64,000 nt of DNA, from the NCBI GenBank assembly GCA_965215265.1, contig OZ244048.1:1376001-1440000 (forward strand), written 5' to 3'. This DNA comes from Candidatus Poribacteria bacterium (GTDB lineage: Bacteria > Poribacteria > WGA-4E > WGA-3G). Below the pieces are notes generated by a model. The model did no database searches and was not told where the DNA came from. It saw only the letters and a program-made list of their open reading frames with translations. How positions within the stretch are numbered: position 1 is the first letter of the stretch; the number at the start of each line of letters is the position of its first letter. Shown here piece after piece: positions 1 through 10,065 of the stretch. The position numbers were made by a program, and so were the translations under genes.

Positions 1-700
1 TATCTTTATCTCTTCCGGTGTCTACCCCGTAAGCCCCAAGATGCACTCCGGTAATAACAATTTCCTTGATGCCGCTGTCAGCGAGGCGGCGTGCTTCATC
101 TACGATATCAGCGAGCGGTCGACTAGTCATTCTGCCGCGTACATAAGGGATAATGCAGTAGGTACAGAAGGCGCTGCACCCGTCTTGAACCTTTATTAAT
201 GCCCGCGTCCGTTTTCCGGAATTGCTGATACCGCTGCTAAACCGCGCGTGTTCTCGGACAGCATCATGCTGCACGGGTTTTAGCGATAGAAGGTTCCGTT
301 TTTTCGTATCTTTCAGTTTTGAACGAGAAGAATTTGGTTTCTCTGCTCCCGGTTCAGCGGTATGTAATGCGTCCAGGTAATCCTGAAGTTCAGCTTTTTC
401 ACGGTTGCCGAAGACAAAGGTTACGCCTGGAATCTTTTGAATTGCGGTCCGGTCGCTCTCGGCGTAACAGCCAGTGACAAGCACTTTAGCGTTGGGGTTC
501 TGTCGGAGAGCGCGTCTAATTGCTTGGCGTGCCTTCTGGTCGGCCGTATTGGTTACAGTACAGGTGTTGATGAGATAGAGTTCTGCTGGGTCCGCATCCC
601 CAACTAGACTATATCCGTTTCGGAGGAGTGTCTCCTGCATAGATTGCGTGTCGTATTGGTTCACTTTGCATCCCATCGTGATGAGTTTTACTGTTTTCAT
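1..700 (-). CDS. mtaB: tRNA methylthiotransferase MtaB (radical SAM, MiaB family); 5' part only, runs off the window edge
   Basis: Manual translation from ATG at 700 gives MKTVKLITMGCKVNQYDTQSM, then INTCTVT and KVQDGCSAFCTYCIIP (CxxxCxxC). Lies next to rsmE. Confidence 0.88.
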   Translation of the reverse strand, partial: MKTVKLITMGCKVNQYDTQSMQETLLRNGYSLVGDADPAELYLINTCTVTNTADQKARQAIRRALRQNPNAKVLVTGCYAESDRTAIQKIPGVTFVFGNREKAELQDYLDALHTAEPGAEKPNSSRSKLKDTKKRNLLSLKPVQHDAVREHARFSSGISNSGKRTRALIKVQDGCSAFCTYCIIPYVRGRMTSRPLADIVDEARRLADSGIKEIVITGVHLGAYGVDTGRDKD

Positions 701-707
701 GTTTTCG

Positions 708-868
708 TTTTTGTATATCTCCGTACCATCAACGCTTATGTCGTGATAACGCGTGTGTAAATCTCGTAGGAGGTTATCTAGGTATAGTTTTGTATATTGT
801 AGCATATGAATGAGGTTTGTGCTAAGGTTATCATTACAGCCGGCATTGTCGTGCTGAAATCTACCAAT
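708..868. repeat. Family-1 palindromic intergenic repeat (MITE/REP-like)
   Basis: Contains TTGTATATCTCCGTACCATCAACGCTTATG...GTGTAAATCTCG...GGTTTGTGCTAAGG...GTGCTGAAAT; the same modules recur at about 14 loci. Confidence 0.85.
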
Positions 869-1565
869 ATTCATAAGCGGCCAGGGCGATCCCGGCAATG
901 GCGGCGGTTTCTGCACGCAGTCGGTGCGGTCCAAGTGTGACAGGGATGCATCCGTTTTGAACAGCAGCCGCAATCTCTCGCTCTGCAAATCCACCTTCCG
1001 GACCCACAAAAAGGGCTATAGATTCCACTGCGGGGGCCGTCCGGAAGGCCTCTTTGATGTGCCGCTCCTTTTCATATTCACTGCAGATAAGACAGAGCGA
1101 TTTTTTTTTGAGTTGCCCTAGGCACGTTGGGAACTGTTGCACAGTTAACAATTCCGGCATCCATGGGCGTTTGCACTGTTTCGTTGCGGAGATAATAACG
1201 CGTTTCCAACGTTCATACCGTCTTTGTCCCGGTTTTTTCAACGAACGTTCTGAGTGGATAGGTACAACGTTTGTTACACCGAGCTCGGTAGTTTTTTGTA
1301 GAATTAGTTCCATCTTGTCATTTTTCGGCAGCGCCTGAAAAAGCGTGAAGGTAGGCAGCACCCGTGCGTGAAATTGCTTGCTTACCAGATGTGCCTTTTC
1401 TGGGCTGAGTATTTTCGCGAGGTAGATAGTGCCTTCCCCATCAATAATTCTGATTGTATCGCCGGCGGTTATACGCAGCACATTGTGCAGATGGTGCTGC
1501 TCCGTTTCTGGAATCGTGGCAATGTCGCCGCGCAACTGTGAAGGCGGAACATAGAAGGTGTGCAT
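861..1565 (-). CDS. rsmE: 16S rRNA m3U1498 methyltransferase
   Basis: HHLHNVLR, KMELILQKTTELGV, VGPEGGF and LGPHRLRAETA motifs. Confidence 0.95.
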   Translation of the reverse strand: MHTFYVPPSQLRGDIATIPETEQHHLHNVLRITAGDTIRIIDGEGTIYLAKILSPEKAHLVSKQFHARVLPTFTLFQALPKNDKMELILQKTTELGVTNVVPIHSERSLKKPGQRRYERWKRVIISATKQCKRPWMPELLTVQQFPTCLGQLKKKSLCLICSEYEKERHIKEAFRTAPAVESIALFVGPEGGFAEREIAAAVQNGCIPVTLGPHRLRAETAAIAGIALAAYEYW

Positions 1566-1661
1566 CGTTTTCTAAGCCGTTTTCGTCTACTATCCTATGA
1601 GCGGGTTTTGCGTAAGACCTTTTGTTTATATCCTTCGCTGCTGTCTCATCAGTCGTGCCTA

Positions 1662-2333
1662 TCACGATAAGCGTCGCAATTTTTCGATCACGTTTTCGGG
1701 TGCTGCGCTACCAAAGATAGCCGTTCCAGCGACTAGGATGGTTGCTCCGGAGTGTATAGCAAGTGGCGCGACTTCCGGGGTTATGCCGCCATCTACGGAG
1801 AGTTCAATAGATAAATCAAGCGCCTGAATCATTCGCGTGAGGGCAGAGATTTTTTCAAGTGCAGTGGGTTGAAATTTTTGTCCGCCCTGCCCCGGCTCAA
1901 CGCTCATCGTTAAAACTAAATCAACCTCAGGAAGGTAAGGTGTGACAGTCTCCACAGGTGTTTTCGGTGACAGTGCCAACCCGGCTCGGATATTCCGTGC
2001 TTTAATCGCTCGGATGGTTTGCATCGGTTCATCAACACTTTCAATGTGAAAGGTAATGAAATCGGCACCTGCGTCTACAAGAGCATCAACATAACGGAGG
2101 GGCTGGTTGACCATAATGTGGACATCAAAGGGCACATCAGTCAATTGTCTGAGTGCAGCGATAGTGAGTGGGCTGATGGCGAAATTCGGCACGAACTCCC
2201 CGTCCATGACATCTAGATGAAGTAGATCTGCACCTGCGTGGACGATGCGCTGTACTTCCTCTCCGAAGCGAGTGAAATCTGCCGCTAAAAGAGAAGGGGC
2301 AATTTTAACTGTTGTATATCTTGGTACCATCAT
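1662..2333 (-). CDS. rpe: Ribulose-phosphate 3-epimerase
   Basis: IAPSLLAADF, HLDVMDGEFVPN, MSVEPGQGGQKF and VDGGI motifs. Confidence 0.97.
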   Translation of the reverse strand: MMVPRYTTVKIAPSLLAADFTRFGEEVQRIVHAGADLLHLDVMDGEFVPNFAISPLTIAALRQLTDVPFDVHIMVNQPLRYVDALVDAGADFITFHIESVDEPMQTIRAIKARNIRAGLALSPKTPVETVTPYLPEVDLVLTMSVEPGQGGQKFQPTALEKISALTRMIQALDLSIELSVDGGITPEVAPLAIHSGATILVAGTAIFGSAAPENVIEKLRRLS

Positions 2334-2336
2334 CGC

Positions 2337-2880
2337 TTTTTCGTATATCTCCGTACCATAAAGGTTTATGTTTTGTAAATTACTGTATAAATCTCGCCAG
2401 AGCCTCCTGATGTATTGAATCTAAACATCGGAAACCTTCCGACGAGATTTGTAAAGGGTTTAAGATTGCAGCAGCCTTTATGGGGCTCCTGTAGACGAAA
2501 GAATCTCCGTACCATCATCGCTTATGTACTGATAACTCGTGTGTAAATCTCGTTTTCTTGTATACAGGAGCCCAATACTGATTGATGTTTTGATAACCCT
2601 TGCATAAATCTTGTCGCCTGCCCACCCAAATCCTTTGATGTATAGATTCATAGCATCGGAAGGCTCTGGCGAGAGCAGAATTGTCCCCGCAAGCGGGGTG
2701 AATTCTTTACACAGGACTTAACATTGCAGCAGCCTTGTATCGGGCTGAAATGTACGAAAGAACGAGATTTGTGCTAAAGTGTTCATTCAATATGTTAATG
2801 TTGTGCTGAAATATACGAAAGAACGAAATTTGTGCTAAAGCGTTCATTCAATATGTTAATGTTGTGCTGCACTATACTAA
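2337..2880. repeat. Cluster of family-1 repeat modules (complete units and half-units)
   Basis: Multiple AAATCTCG/CGAGATTT inverted pairs, TTCGTATATCTCCGTACC and GCTGAAATATACGAAA termini, and a 60-bp tandem duplication at about 2757-2876. Confidence 0.85.
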
Positions 2881-2881
2881 A

Positions 2882-3859
2882 TTATCGATAGTGCTGTTCG
2901 GGCAATTTGTTTCCATTTTCGTAGGTAATGACCCGGACCTGGCCAAAGACGCGCAAAGCTTGTTTTTCCAAATCGATCACCGTTCCGGGTGCGTAATACC
3001 CATCAACCACAGTACGCTCGCCGGAGTCATCCTTGACAACAATTTTGACATGGTGGGAGACATTCCCCTGTTCGCTAACGGCATGTTTGAACGGTAGGAG
3101 TCTTCCGGTAATATCGATTTCATCTCGTACCCCGCTCACCTCAAGGACTATCAAGTCCCCACTCTGAATATGCACTCCATCTGCAGGTTTGTGTGTAATA
3201 ATGTCGCCGGACGGGATTTTTGGATGCGGGCTGTACTGAATTTCAACATTGAGTCCTGCGGCTTCAAGATCTGGTAGTACCTGATGGATAGATTGGTTCC
3301 GCAAGTCGGGTACCTGAATGTATTGCATCACCTTGCCGAGGCTCACCAATAGATTGACAGTGCTGCCTCTTGGTTGGCCTCCTCCCTCGGGTGGGGTTTG
3401 CGCGATAACGATATCCGGTGGATAATTGAGCGAATGAACGTACGCGATGCGATTTGGCAAAAATCTTGCGGCTGCGAGTGTCTCACGTGCTGCATCTACT
3501 GACTTACCGATTACAGAAGGCACAGGTTCCAACTCAGCGCCGATGCTCACCGTGAGTTCAACAGTCTGATGCGATTTGATTCTAAAGTGCGCGGGTGGTT
3601 TTTGTGAGACGATTTGACCTTTCTTGGCTTCACTGCTAGCCTCCCGGACCGGGTCTGCCACCTTAAGTCCTACCTCATCAAGATGCCGTATCGCCTCAAA
3701 GTAGGATTTGCCGGTAACGTTTGGTACGAAGACCTCCTCTGTGCGGACCCAATGTGGTATAACGACGAAAACCACCAACACTCCGACGATAGCAATAAGA
3801 ATGAGGCAGTAAAGAGAAACCTTGATTATAGCAAATAACGTATTGTTAAGGCTTTTCAT
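2882..3859 (-). CDS. Membrane-anchored protein with three PASTA domains and no kinase domain
   Basis: N-terminal TM helix followed by VPNVTGKS, VPSVIGKS and VPDLRNQS PASTA starts. Likely ATG at 3859, since the upstream ORF extension is repeat-derived. Confidence 0.85.
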   Translation of the reverse strand: MKSLNNTLFAIIKVSLYCLILIAIVGVLVVFVVIPHWVRTEEVFVPNVTGKSYFEAIRHLDEVGLKVADPVREASSEAKKGQIVSQKPPAHFRIKSHQTVELTVSIGAELEPVPSVIGKSVDAARETLAAARFLPNRIAYVHSLNYPPDIVIAQTPPEGGGQPRGSTVNLLVSLGKVMQYIQVPDLRNQSIHQVLPDLEAAGLNVEIQYSPHPKIPSGDIITHKPADGVHIQSGDLIVLEVSGVRDEIDITGRLLPFKHAVSEQGNVSHHVKIVVKDDSGERTVVDGYYAPGTVIDLEKQALRVFGQVRVITYENGNKLPEQHYR

Positions 3860-4283
3860 ATTTTTATATATCTCCGTACCGTCAAAGGTTATGCATTTGC
3901 TGGTTCGTGTGTAAATCTCGTTTTTTCGTATATCTTGGTAAAAAATTGGCCCTGCTTGCAGGGTGAATTCTTGTCCATCAACGCTACTTGCCAACTGCTA
4001 TTTACAAACCTTTACAAAACTCGCCAGAGCCGCTTTATGCTACGCCTAAGGAATCTCCGACGAGATTTTCACGGAAATTAACATAACATAGAGCCGTATC
4101 GGGCTTAACTATACAAAAACGTCAAAACACCAGACGGCTCAGACGAGAAAGGAATTGTCCCTGCAAGCAGGGATGAATTCTTCTACAAAACATAGAGCGT
4201 CATTGGGTGCCTGTAGACGAAAAAGCGAGATTTGTGCTTGCGTGTTCATTAAATCCATCGGTGACGTGCTGCCGTAGACGAAA
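3860..4283. repeat. Family-1 repeat cluster overlapping the fmt 3' end
   Basis: Same modules as above, plus small CCCTGC-AA/TT-GCAGGG hairpins. Confidence 0.8.
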
Positions 4284-5204
4284 GCCTGTTTGCAGTTGAT
4301 AACCGTTAATAAAATCGCGTGCATCCATAGCTTTTTTAGTGGCTGGTTGAAGTAGCAAAAGTTGAAGTGTGCCGTTCCCTGTTGCTATGAGCAGTTCTTG
4401 TTCAGTGCCAATGTGGAGCGTTCCTGGCGGCAGACCTAATGGCTGGGGTTTCGGCAGACAGCGTAGAATCTTCACCCGCAAATTCTGTGGAAAAAAGGTA
4501 TAAGCGCCGGGCCAAATGATGGTGCCGCGCACAAGATTGTGAATCTCCGTTGCCGCCTGCTGCCAGTTAATACGGCCACTCTCTTTTGTCAAACGTGGTG
4601 CGTATGTTGCAGCGGCGTGGTTCTGTGGAGATGCCGGAGGTGGCCGGTCGCTTGGCATTTTACGAAGCAGGCGTACCAATTGCTTAGCACCCAGGGCCGC
4701 TAAGGTATGCGTCAGCGTTGCAGCAGTCTCCTGGCTCCGAATCGGGATGTGCTCTTGGTAGATAATATCGCCAGTATCCTCACCGGCATCCAATAACATC
4801 AAAGTGATGCCGGTCTCCGTTTCGCCGTTAATCAACGTCCATTGAATGGGAGCAGCGCCTCGATATTTCGGCAGGAGTGATGGATGCAAGTTAATGGTGC
4901 CACACGGTGGAATATCCAACACTACCTGCGGAAGGAGTTGACCGAAGGCTGCAACGACGATGTTATCTGGTGCCAACCGTTCCAAGGTTTTGACAAAATC
5001 GGTGCGTCTCACCTTATCAGGTTGATAAACCGGCAGATTATGTCGCGCGGCCTCCACTTTCACGGGCGGCGGTGTGATTCGCTTTCCGCGGCCGCTGGGC
5101 CTGTCGGGTTGTGTGACAACTCCAATAAGTTCAAATTTGTGAGCAATGAGTGCTTGCAATGATGGTATAGCGAATTCACTGGTGCCCATAAATAGAATTT
5201 TCAT
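4200..5204 (-). CDS. fmt: Methionyl-tRNA formyltransferase
   Basis: MKILFMGTSEFA, VVTQPDRPSGRG and INLHPSLLPKYRGAAPIQW motifs; C-terminal tail is repeat-derived. Confidence 0.97.
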   Translation of the reverse strand: MKILFMGTSEFAIPSLQALIAHKFELIGVVTQPDRPSGRGKRITPPPVKVEAARHNLPVYQPDKVRRTDFVKTLERLAPDNIVVAAFGQLLPQVVLDIPPCGTINLHPSLLPKYRGAAPIQWTLINGETETGITLMLLDAGEDTGDIIYQEHIPIRSQETAATLTHTLAALGAKQLVRLLRKMPSDRPPPASPQNHAAATYAPRLTKESGRINWQQAATEIHNLVRGTIIWPGAYTFFPQNLRVKILRCLPKPQPLGLPPGTLHIGTEQELLIATGNGTLQLLLLQPATKKAMDARDFINGYQLQTGFRLRQHVTDGFNEHASTNLAFSSTGTQ

Positions 5205-5229
5205 ATAGTGCAGCCCCCTAACGCCTGAT

Positions 5230-5892
5230 CTAAAATCGGATTTGAATGAGCTGGAGGGTTAGACCGCCCAGCGGTTCGCTTCTAGACGTGTTCACTGTGT
5301 GCCTTAGACGGTTTTGTAAGGCTGGATAAAATCCGGTGTTTATTGAAGTTGCACGCGGATACGGCGAATGCCCATCCAGCAGGCGAGCGACGACACCTTC
5401 TGTTGGTTCTTCGTCTTCAATTGGAGGCGGTGGTTCCGGCTTTTGAATACGTGGTGTTGCAGTATCTACCGAGCGTGTGCGCCACCAATCCCATACGCCG
5501 ATGAAAATTGACAACGAAACGGCACCGATGCCAATAATACGATAATCCTGCGGTGTTAACTCTGGCGCGAATTGCTTTTCACTATACATTTTTATCCCGC
5601 GCACCGCGACGTAACTGTGAATCGAGGTAAACGGAAGGGCGCTTAAGGTGATAATCTCAAACCGGCGTAGTGCATTCTCCTGATATCCTTCGACAGGAGC
5701 CGGTGCTTGCTCCTCTGGAGGCATCGGCCGTTTTTGCGCGCTTGTATACGACACGAACCCAAAAATAAAAGCGGCGCTAAGTATGAATACCTGCTTTTTG
5801 TATACTGCAGCACAGCAACGCCTGATGTTTTGATAAAACTGTGTGAAATCTCGTCGCCCGCCTACCCAAATCCTCTCTCTGTTTAGATTCAT
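5230..5892 (-). CDS. Hypothetical exported/membrane protein; start uncertain because it lies in repeat DNA
   Basis: Signal-peptide-like KKQVFILSAAFIFGFVSYTSA, a TM segment and a Pro-rich linker; co-oriented with the operon. Confidence 0.6.
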   Translation of the reverse strand: MNLNRERIWVGGRRDFTQFYQNIRRCCAAVYKKQVFILSAAFIFGFVSYTSAQKRPMPPEEQAPAPVEGYQENALRRFEIITLSALPFTSIHSYVAVRGIKMYSEKQFAPELTPQDYRIIGIGAVSLSIFIGVWDWWRTRSVDTATPRIQKPEPPPPIEDEEPTEGVVARLLDGHSPYPRATSINTGFYPALQNRLRHTVNTSRSEPLGGLTLQLIQIRF

Positions 5893-6381
5893 TTTTTTGT
5901 ATATTTCAGTACCATCGGTGCTTAGGTTGTGTAAAATCAGATGTAAATCTCGCCAGAGCCTGCTTATGTTTATATCCATTTTTTATATCTCTCCGTACCA
6001 TCAACGCTTATGTTTTGATGGTGCGTTTTTTCGTATCTCTCCGTACCTAAAAAGTTTTTATTGTGTTAAATCCGATATAAATCTCGTCTTTTTGTATACT
6101 AGAGCCCTACAACGGCTGATGTATTGTCAATAACTGTGTAAATCTCGTTTTTTTTGTATGCAGGTGCCCGATGCCAGTTGCTGCAATTTAAATCTTGTGT
6201 ACATCTCGTCGCCCGCCCACCCAAATCCTTCTATGCTATGATTCGTAACATAAGCAGGCTCTGACGAGGTTTGTAAAGCATTTATCAAAACATCAGGCTT
6301 GATTGGGCTCCTGTAGACGAAAAGGCTCCTGTATACAAAAGAACATAACAACCGCCTTTGTTGTGCTGCACTATACGAAAT
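5795..6381. repeat. Family-1 repeat cluster
   Basis: Tandem left half-units (TTGTATA...AAATCTCG) ending in GTGCTGCACTATACGAAA. Confidence 0.85.
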
Positions 6382-6862
6382 TCCGGTTACGGAGTAGGTA
6401 AAGGACCAGCATACCTGCTCCGATACAGACAGAAACGTCAGCAAAGTTAAAGGTTGGCCAAAACAGTCTGCGGCTTTCTATGCCGAACTGCAGAAAATCA
6501 ATGACTTCTCCGATGCGTATCCGGTCGATGAAATTTCCAACCGCGCCGCCAAGTAGAAAGCCGAGGGCAATTTGCATCCAACGGCTCTGCCGAAATTGGA
6601 TTGAATATACCAGAATGAATCCTAAAGCAACAAGGGTGATCAAGATGAGCAAGGAGCGTTGCCCGGCTAATACCCCAAAAGCCGCGCCACTGTTCTTATC
6701 ATGGCGAAGATTGAAGAAACCGGGGATAACCGGTATAACTTCAGTGATATACGTAATGTGTTTTTCAACAAGCCACTTGCTCAGCCAATCTACGACGAAT
6801 ACCGGAATCGCTATTCCTATAAGCGTGAGTGAAACTTTCCAATTTTTCGTATTTTTTAGCAC
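6371..6862 (-). CDS. lspA: Lipoprotein signal peptidase II
   Basis: DWLSKW, NSGAAFG, GGAVGNFIDR, VIDF and PTFNFAD motifs. Confidence 0.97.
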   Translation of the reverse strand: MLKNTKNWKVSLTLIGIAIPVFVVDWLSKWLVEKHITYITEVIPVIPGFFNLRHDKNSGAAFGVLAGQRSLLILITLVALGFILVYSIQFRQSRWMQIALGFLLGGAVGNFIDRIRIGEVIDFLQFGIESRRLFWPTFNFADVSVCIGAGMLVLYLLRNRNFV

Positions 6863-6863
6863 G

Positions 6864-7090
6864 TTTTCGTATATCTCCGTTTTCTTGCATCTTTCAGCCC
6901 CATCAAGGGTTATATTTTTGATAATCCTTTACAAATCTCGTCGGAGGTTTTCGTATATCTCCGTACCGTCAACGCTTATGTCATGAATACTCGTGTGTTG
7001 GCAGGATAGGTATTCTTTTTCACTCCTTTTAGGAGTGAAAAGATTACGAAGTTGAGGGTGGCGAGATTTGTGCTAAGGTTATCATAAAAT
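6864..7090. repeat. Family-1 repeat with a nested family-2 module
   Basis: TTCGTATATCTCCGT termini, TGGCAGGATAGGTATTCTT, and hairpin CTTTTCACTCCT-TTT-AGGAGTGAAAAG. Confidence 0.8.
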
Positions 7091-7093
7091 CAA

Positions 7094-9787
7094 TCAGTGT
7101 TGTGCTTCCGTAGACGAAGCTTTGAGAGATTCCCATTCCGCTTTGGCGTTTTCTGCAGCAGTTGCTAGACATCCCCAGTTTGTCTGAAAGATGCTGTCTG
7201 GCAGGCTTGCAGCTGCTGGGACAACAATCAACTCGGCGGCATCTTCCAAAGCGCCATTTTTAGTGAGAGATTCAGAGAGCTGCTTATAAAACCGTTCAGC
7301 CAAGAAAGGTGTCAACGGTGCGAAACGTTGAAGCAGCAAAGTTCCTATTATGGATAGCGTCCGTCGTGCTGCATAGGAGGTTTCATGACTGCCCATAGGG
7401 ACGAATTGAAGATAAAACCGGAGATCTATGTCACAGAAATCAAAAAGCAGTTCCCACATTTTGTGAAAATTCCGATTCCGATAGGCTGCTTCTACCTCTT
7501 TCAAACGTGCCTTCGTTGCATCCAGGGCGAGTTCATCACGCTGGTTCTGCCCTATCTCGTCCGGTACGTTTGGTGCTTCGAATTCAGAAGTCTCCCCTGC
7601 CTTGTCTGTATCCTGACAAAGTGTGGAAACCTGCTCTAATAACTGCTGCAACCGTTCATATTTGGACCAGTACTTTTTGGCAAGCGTCCCAAGTTGCCTG
7701 CGTGTTACGTTCGGTGCAATTGCCAGGAGCCGACAGACATCAGCAGGATATTGTGCAATAAACGCATCTTGAATTTCAAAAGAGCGCTCTTTTTTTCCGT
7801 CTAAAATTGGCAGTGCTTGGAGGATAAGCTGCTTAAAGGGTTGGCTCTCTTTAATCGGTCGACTTCGGCTCAGTGCTGCGGAGATAACACTCACCTCCGA
7901 CAACCATTTTGAAAGGCCGGCTTGCGGGCCGAATATGACGCTAACAGGTCCCCCCAGGGGTTTCTTAAAATCGGAATTGTGAATCACCTGAAGCAGATTG
8001 CCGAAATGCGTATCAATCAATGTGGCTTCCTTCCGGAATTCCTTTGAATTGCACTTGGGACAGAAGGTATCGGTCGGTAAGAGTTCTTCTACACTCAAGC
8101 GAAACCAATATTCAGGCCCGCGGCGGATAGAGTTCCGGATAGCCAATAGTATATTTTTATTCGTAAGGGGTTCATCACACCCATCACAGAACAAAATAGG
8201 CAGCGGCATGCCCCACTGCTGCTGCGCGGAAACCTGCAAGTCAGTGAAATTGGCTGTGGTTTTTTGGACATCGACGAGAGCCTCTGGATGCGTGGGACAG
8301 TAATTCTCCCAATATTCTGGTGCGTTAATAAGTTCCGCTGTTGGCTGATTCTCGGATAGTGAGAAGACCCATTTTGAACAGGGGCGAAAAACGGCTAGCG
8401 TCTGGCACCGCTGGCAGTGGAGCCTCGGTCCTTCCGGAGCTGAGCTCTCATTATTAGTACCTGGACGAAATTTTAAGAGATAGCCGAACTGCTCTAACTC
8501 AGGAACGATAAATTTTTCAGCATCATACAGATTCAATCCACAGAGCGTGTCGCCTTCTTCGGTGAACTTGCCGGTCTCATCAAAAACAGACGTAGAACTT
8601 CTTTTTAAGAGCTGCGCAATATAGTAACTTAACGGGTTGTGCGCAGCATTTAGATGAATAACCCCGGCAAATCGTTCGTTTTGATGCGCATCGCCGCCAT
8701 ACCGATTCTCTTTCAGCATCCGGGCTGCTTCCTCGACGACGTTTTCGGGAATTGGAATAATCTTTAAAATTTTTGATGTAAAAAGTGGATGGGATACCGT
8801 GCATTTTGTGAGTTCAGAACTGCGTAGTTGCCTTAAGACTTCAAGAGTCTGGCCGGTTTTCGCCAAATGGTTTTGAAAAATCTGCAGCTGCGGTTCGGCA
8901 AAAAGCAGGTATTCACTTTCAAACCGAGTGAGGTAATAGGTAGCATTTTCACTAATTCCGAGTTCTGTCGTGCCTGCTATTTCCCAAATATGAGCGAACT
9001 CAAGACAAAAGAAGACATCGATGCCAAATTCCTCGAAACCGGTGCTGAAAGGAAATTTCACAAACGCAGGCAATGTGTCTGTTACACGATGTTCAGTTTT
9101 GCCAGTCTCAAGCGGTGCAGAGCACTTGGGACACCAAGCGCCAAGATGTGGCAGGTCTTGTAAATAGTGATACTCACGGAGCCGGCTGAGCAGTGGAATC
9201 AACTTTGACTCCTGCCGTGCGTCATGGTTTTTCAGTGCCAACTCCCAAGCTGCAAAACAGCCGAGTTGTTTTAATTTTTCTTGATTCGCTTCTAATTGCT
9301 TTATATAGAGTGTGTAGCACTGCTTCCGGAAGCGAAACATATCCAGCGGCGATTTAGAATTGGCTGCAGCTTCCGTTGCGATTTTATCTTCAATATAGGC
9401 AGGATATTTCTCCCAAGCAGGTATATATATCACTTCGCGTGCTTGCAGCATTTCTGCCTTAAGGAATATGTCTTGACAAATTTTTCTACAAAGCGTCCGG
9501 TGGTTGAGTGCATGAGTGGGAGCCGGCATTTCTCGAATAACATAAGTGACCGTATCGTTCTCTTGCGGGGTCTCATCAACTGGCGGTGTGTGTGCGGCAA
9601 TATCTACTGATGGGGAGGCTTTAGCACGTAGCACCGTCACCGATTGCAAAGGGTAAACTCCGGCGTTATCCCAGAGATTTAAAATTGATTTTTCTTCATG
9701 TCGACTGAGATATTCTGCAGACCTCGATGGAATTTTAGCGTTCCCGTTTTTACGTTGTACACTTTTGGTAGAAGCTCTTTTTTTCAT
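7094..9787 (-). CDS. Isoleucyl-tRNA synthetase-like protein, catalytically degenerate (no HIGH or KMSKS)
   Basis: Colinear with IleRS (WCPKCSAPLE, CTVSHPLF, QQQWGMPLPILFC, CPKCNSKEFRKEATLIDTHF, YPADVCRL, FAPLTPFLAE) and immediately upstream of lspA. Confidence 0.8.
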   Translation of the reverse strand: MKKRASTKSVQRKNGNAKIPSRSAEYLSRHEEKSILNLWDNAGVYPLQSVTVLRAKASPSVDIAAHTPPVDETPQENDTVTYVIREMPAPTHALNHRTLCRKICQDIFLKAEMLQAREVIYIPAWEKYPAYIEDKIATEAAANSKSPLDMFRFRKQCYTLYIKQLEANQEKLKQLGCFAAWELALKNHDARQESKLIPLLSRLREYHYLQDLPHLGAWCPKCSAPLETGKTEHRVTDTLPAFVKFPFSTGFEEFGIDVFFCLEFAHIWEIAGTTELGISENATYYLTRFESEYLLFAEPQLQIFQNHLAKTGQTLEVLRQLRSSELTKCTVSHPLFTSKILKIIPIPENVVEEAARMLKENRYGGDAHQNERFAGVIHLNAAHNPLSYYIAQLLKRSSTSVFDETGKFTEEGDTLCGLNLYDAEKFIVPELEQFGYLLKFRPGTNNESSAPEGPRLHCQRCQTLAVFRPCSKWVFSLSENQPTAELINAPEYWENYCPTHPEALVDVQKTTANFTDLQVSAQQQWGMPLPILFCDGCDEPLTNKNILLAIRNSIRRGPEYWFRLSVEELLPTDTFCPKCNSKEFRKEATLIDTHFGNLLQVIHNSDFKKPLGGPVSVIFGPQAGLSKWLSEVSVISAALSRSRPIKESQPFKQLILQALPILDGKKERSFEIQDAFIAQYPADVCRLLAIAPNVTRRQLGTLAKKYWSKYERLQQLLEQVSTLCQDTDKAGETSEFEAPNVPDEIGQNQRDELALDATKARLKEVEAAYRNRNFHKMWELLFDFCDIDLRFYLQFVPMGSHETSYAARRTLSIIGTLLLQRFAPLTPFLAERFYKQLSESLTKNGALEDAAELIVVPAAASLPDSIFQTNWGCLATAAENAKAEWESLKASSTEAQH

Positions 9788-9813
9788 ACACCTATTATCC
9801 TTAGATTTATCCG

Positions 9814-10065
9814 CTAAAGCATTCTTATCAAAAGGGATAGCAGCATTATGAGTATCCAGGGTGAAAAGTCAATCCCAAGATTCCGGGACACCGGGTCAAG
9901 CGCACGACGAATAGGATTTAGAACAGGATCCACGATAGAATTCGTCAAGGAATAAATTTGCCTGACAGTGGCGTTCCGAGTACCGAAGACAAAGTACGAA
10001 AGAATAACATTGGCCAAAACAACAAAAATATAAATTTCGAGTAGGTGTTTAAGTATATTAGCGAT
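9814..10065 (-). CDS. yggT: YggT family membrane protein; start codon unclear
   Basis: IYIFVVLANVILSYF...LTNSIVDPVLNPIRR...GIDFSPWI; lies in the yggS-proC-yggT cluster. Confidence 0.8.
   Translation of the reverse strand: MANILKHLLEIYIFVVLANVILSYFVFGTRNATVRQIYSLTNSIVDPVLNPIRRALDPVSRNLGIDFSPWILIMLLSLLIRML

Noticed and set aside
2337-2880. Repeat clusters as a CRISPR array or integron attC array
   Set aside because: Units are degenerate, modular and irregularly spaced, with no unique spacers, cas genes or integrase
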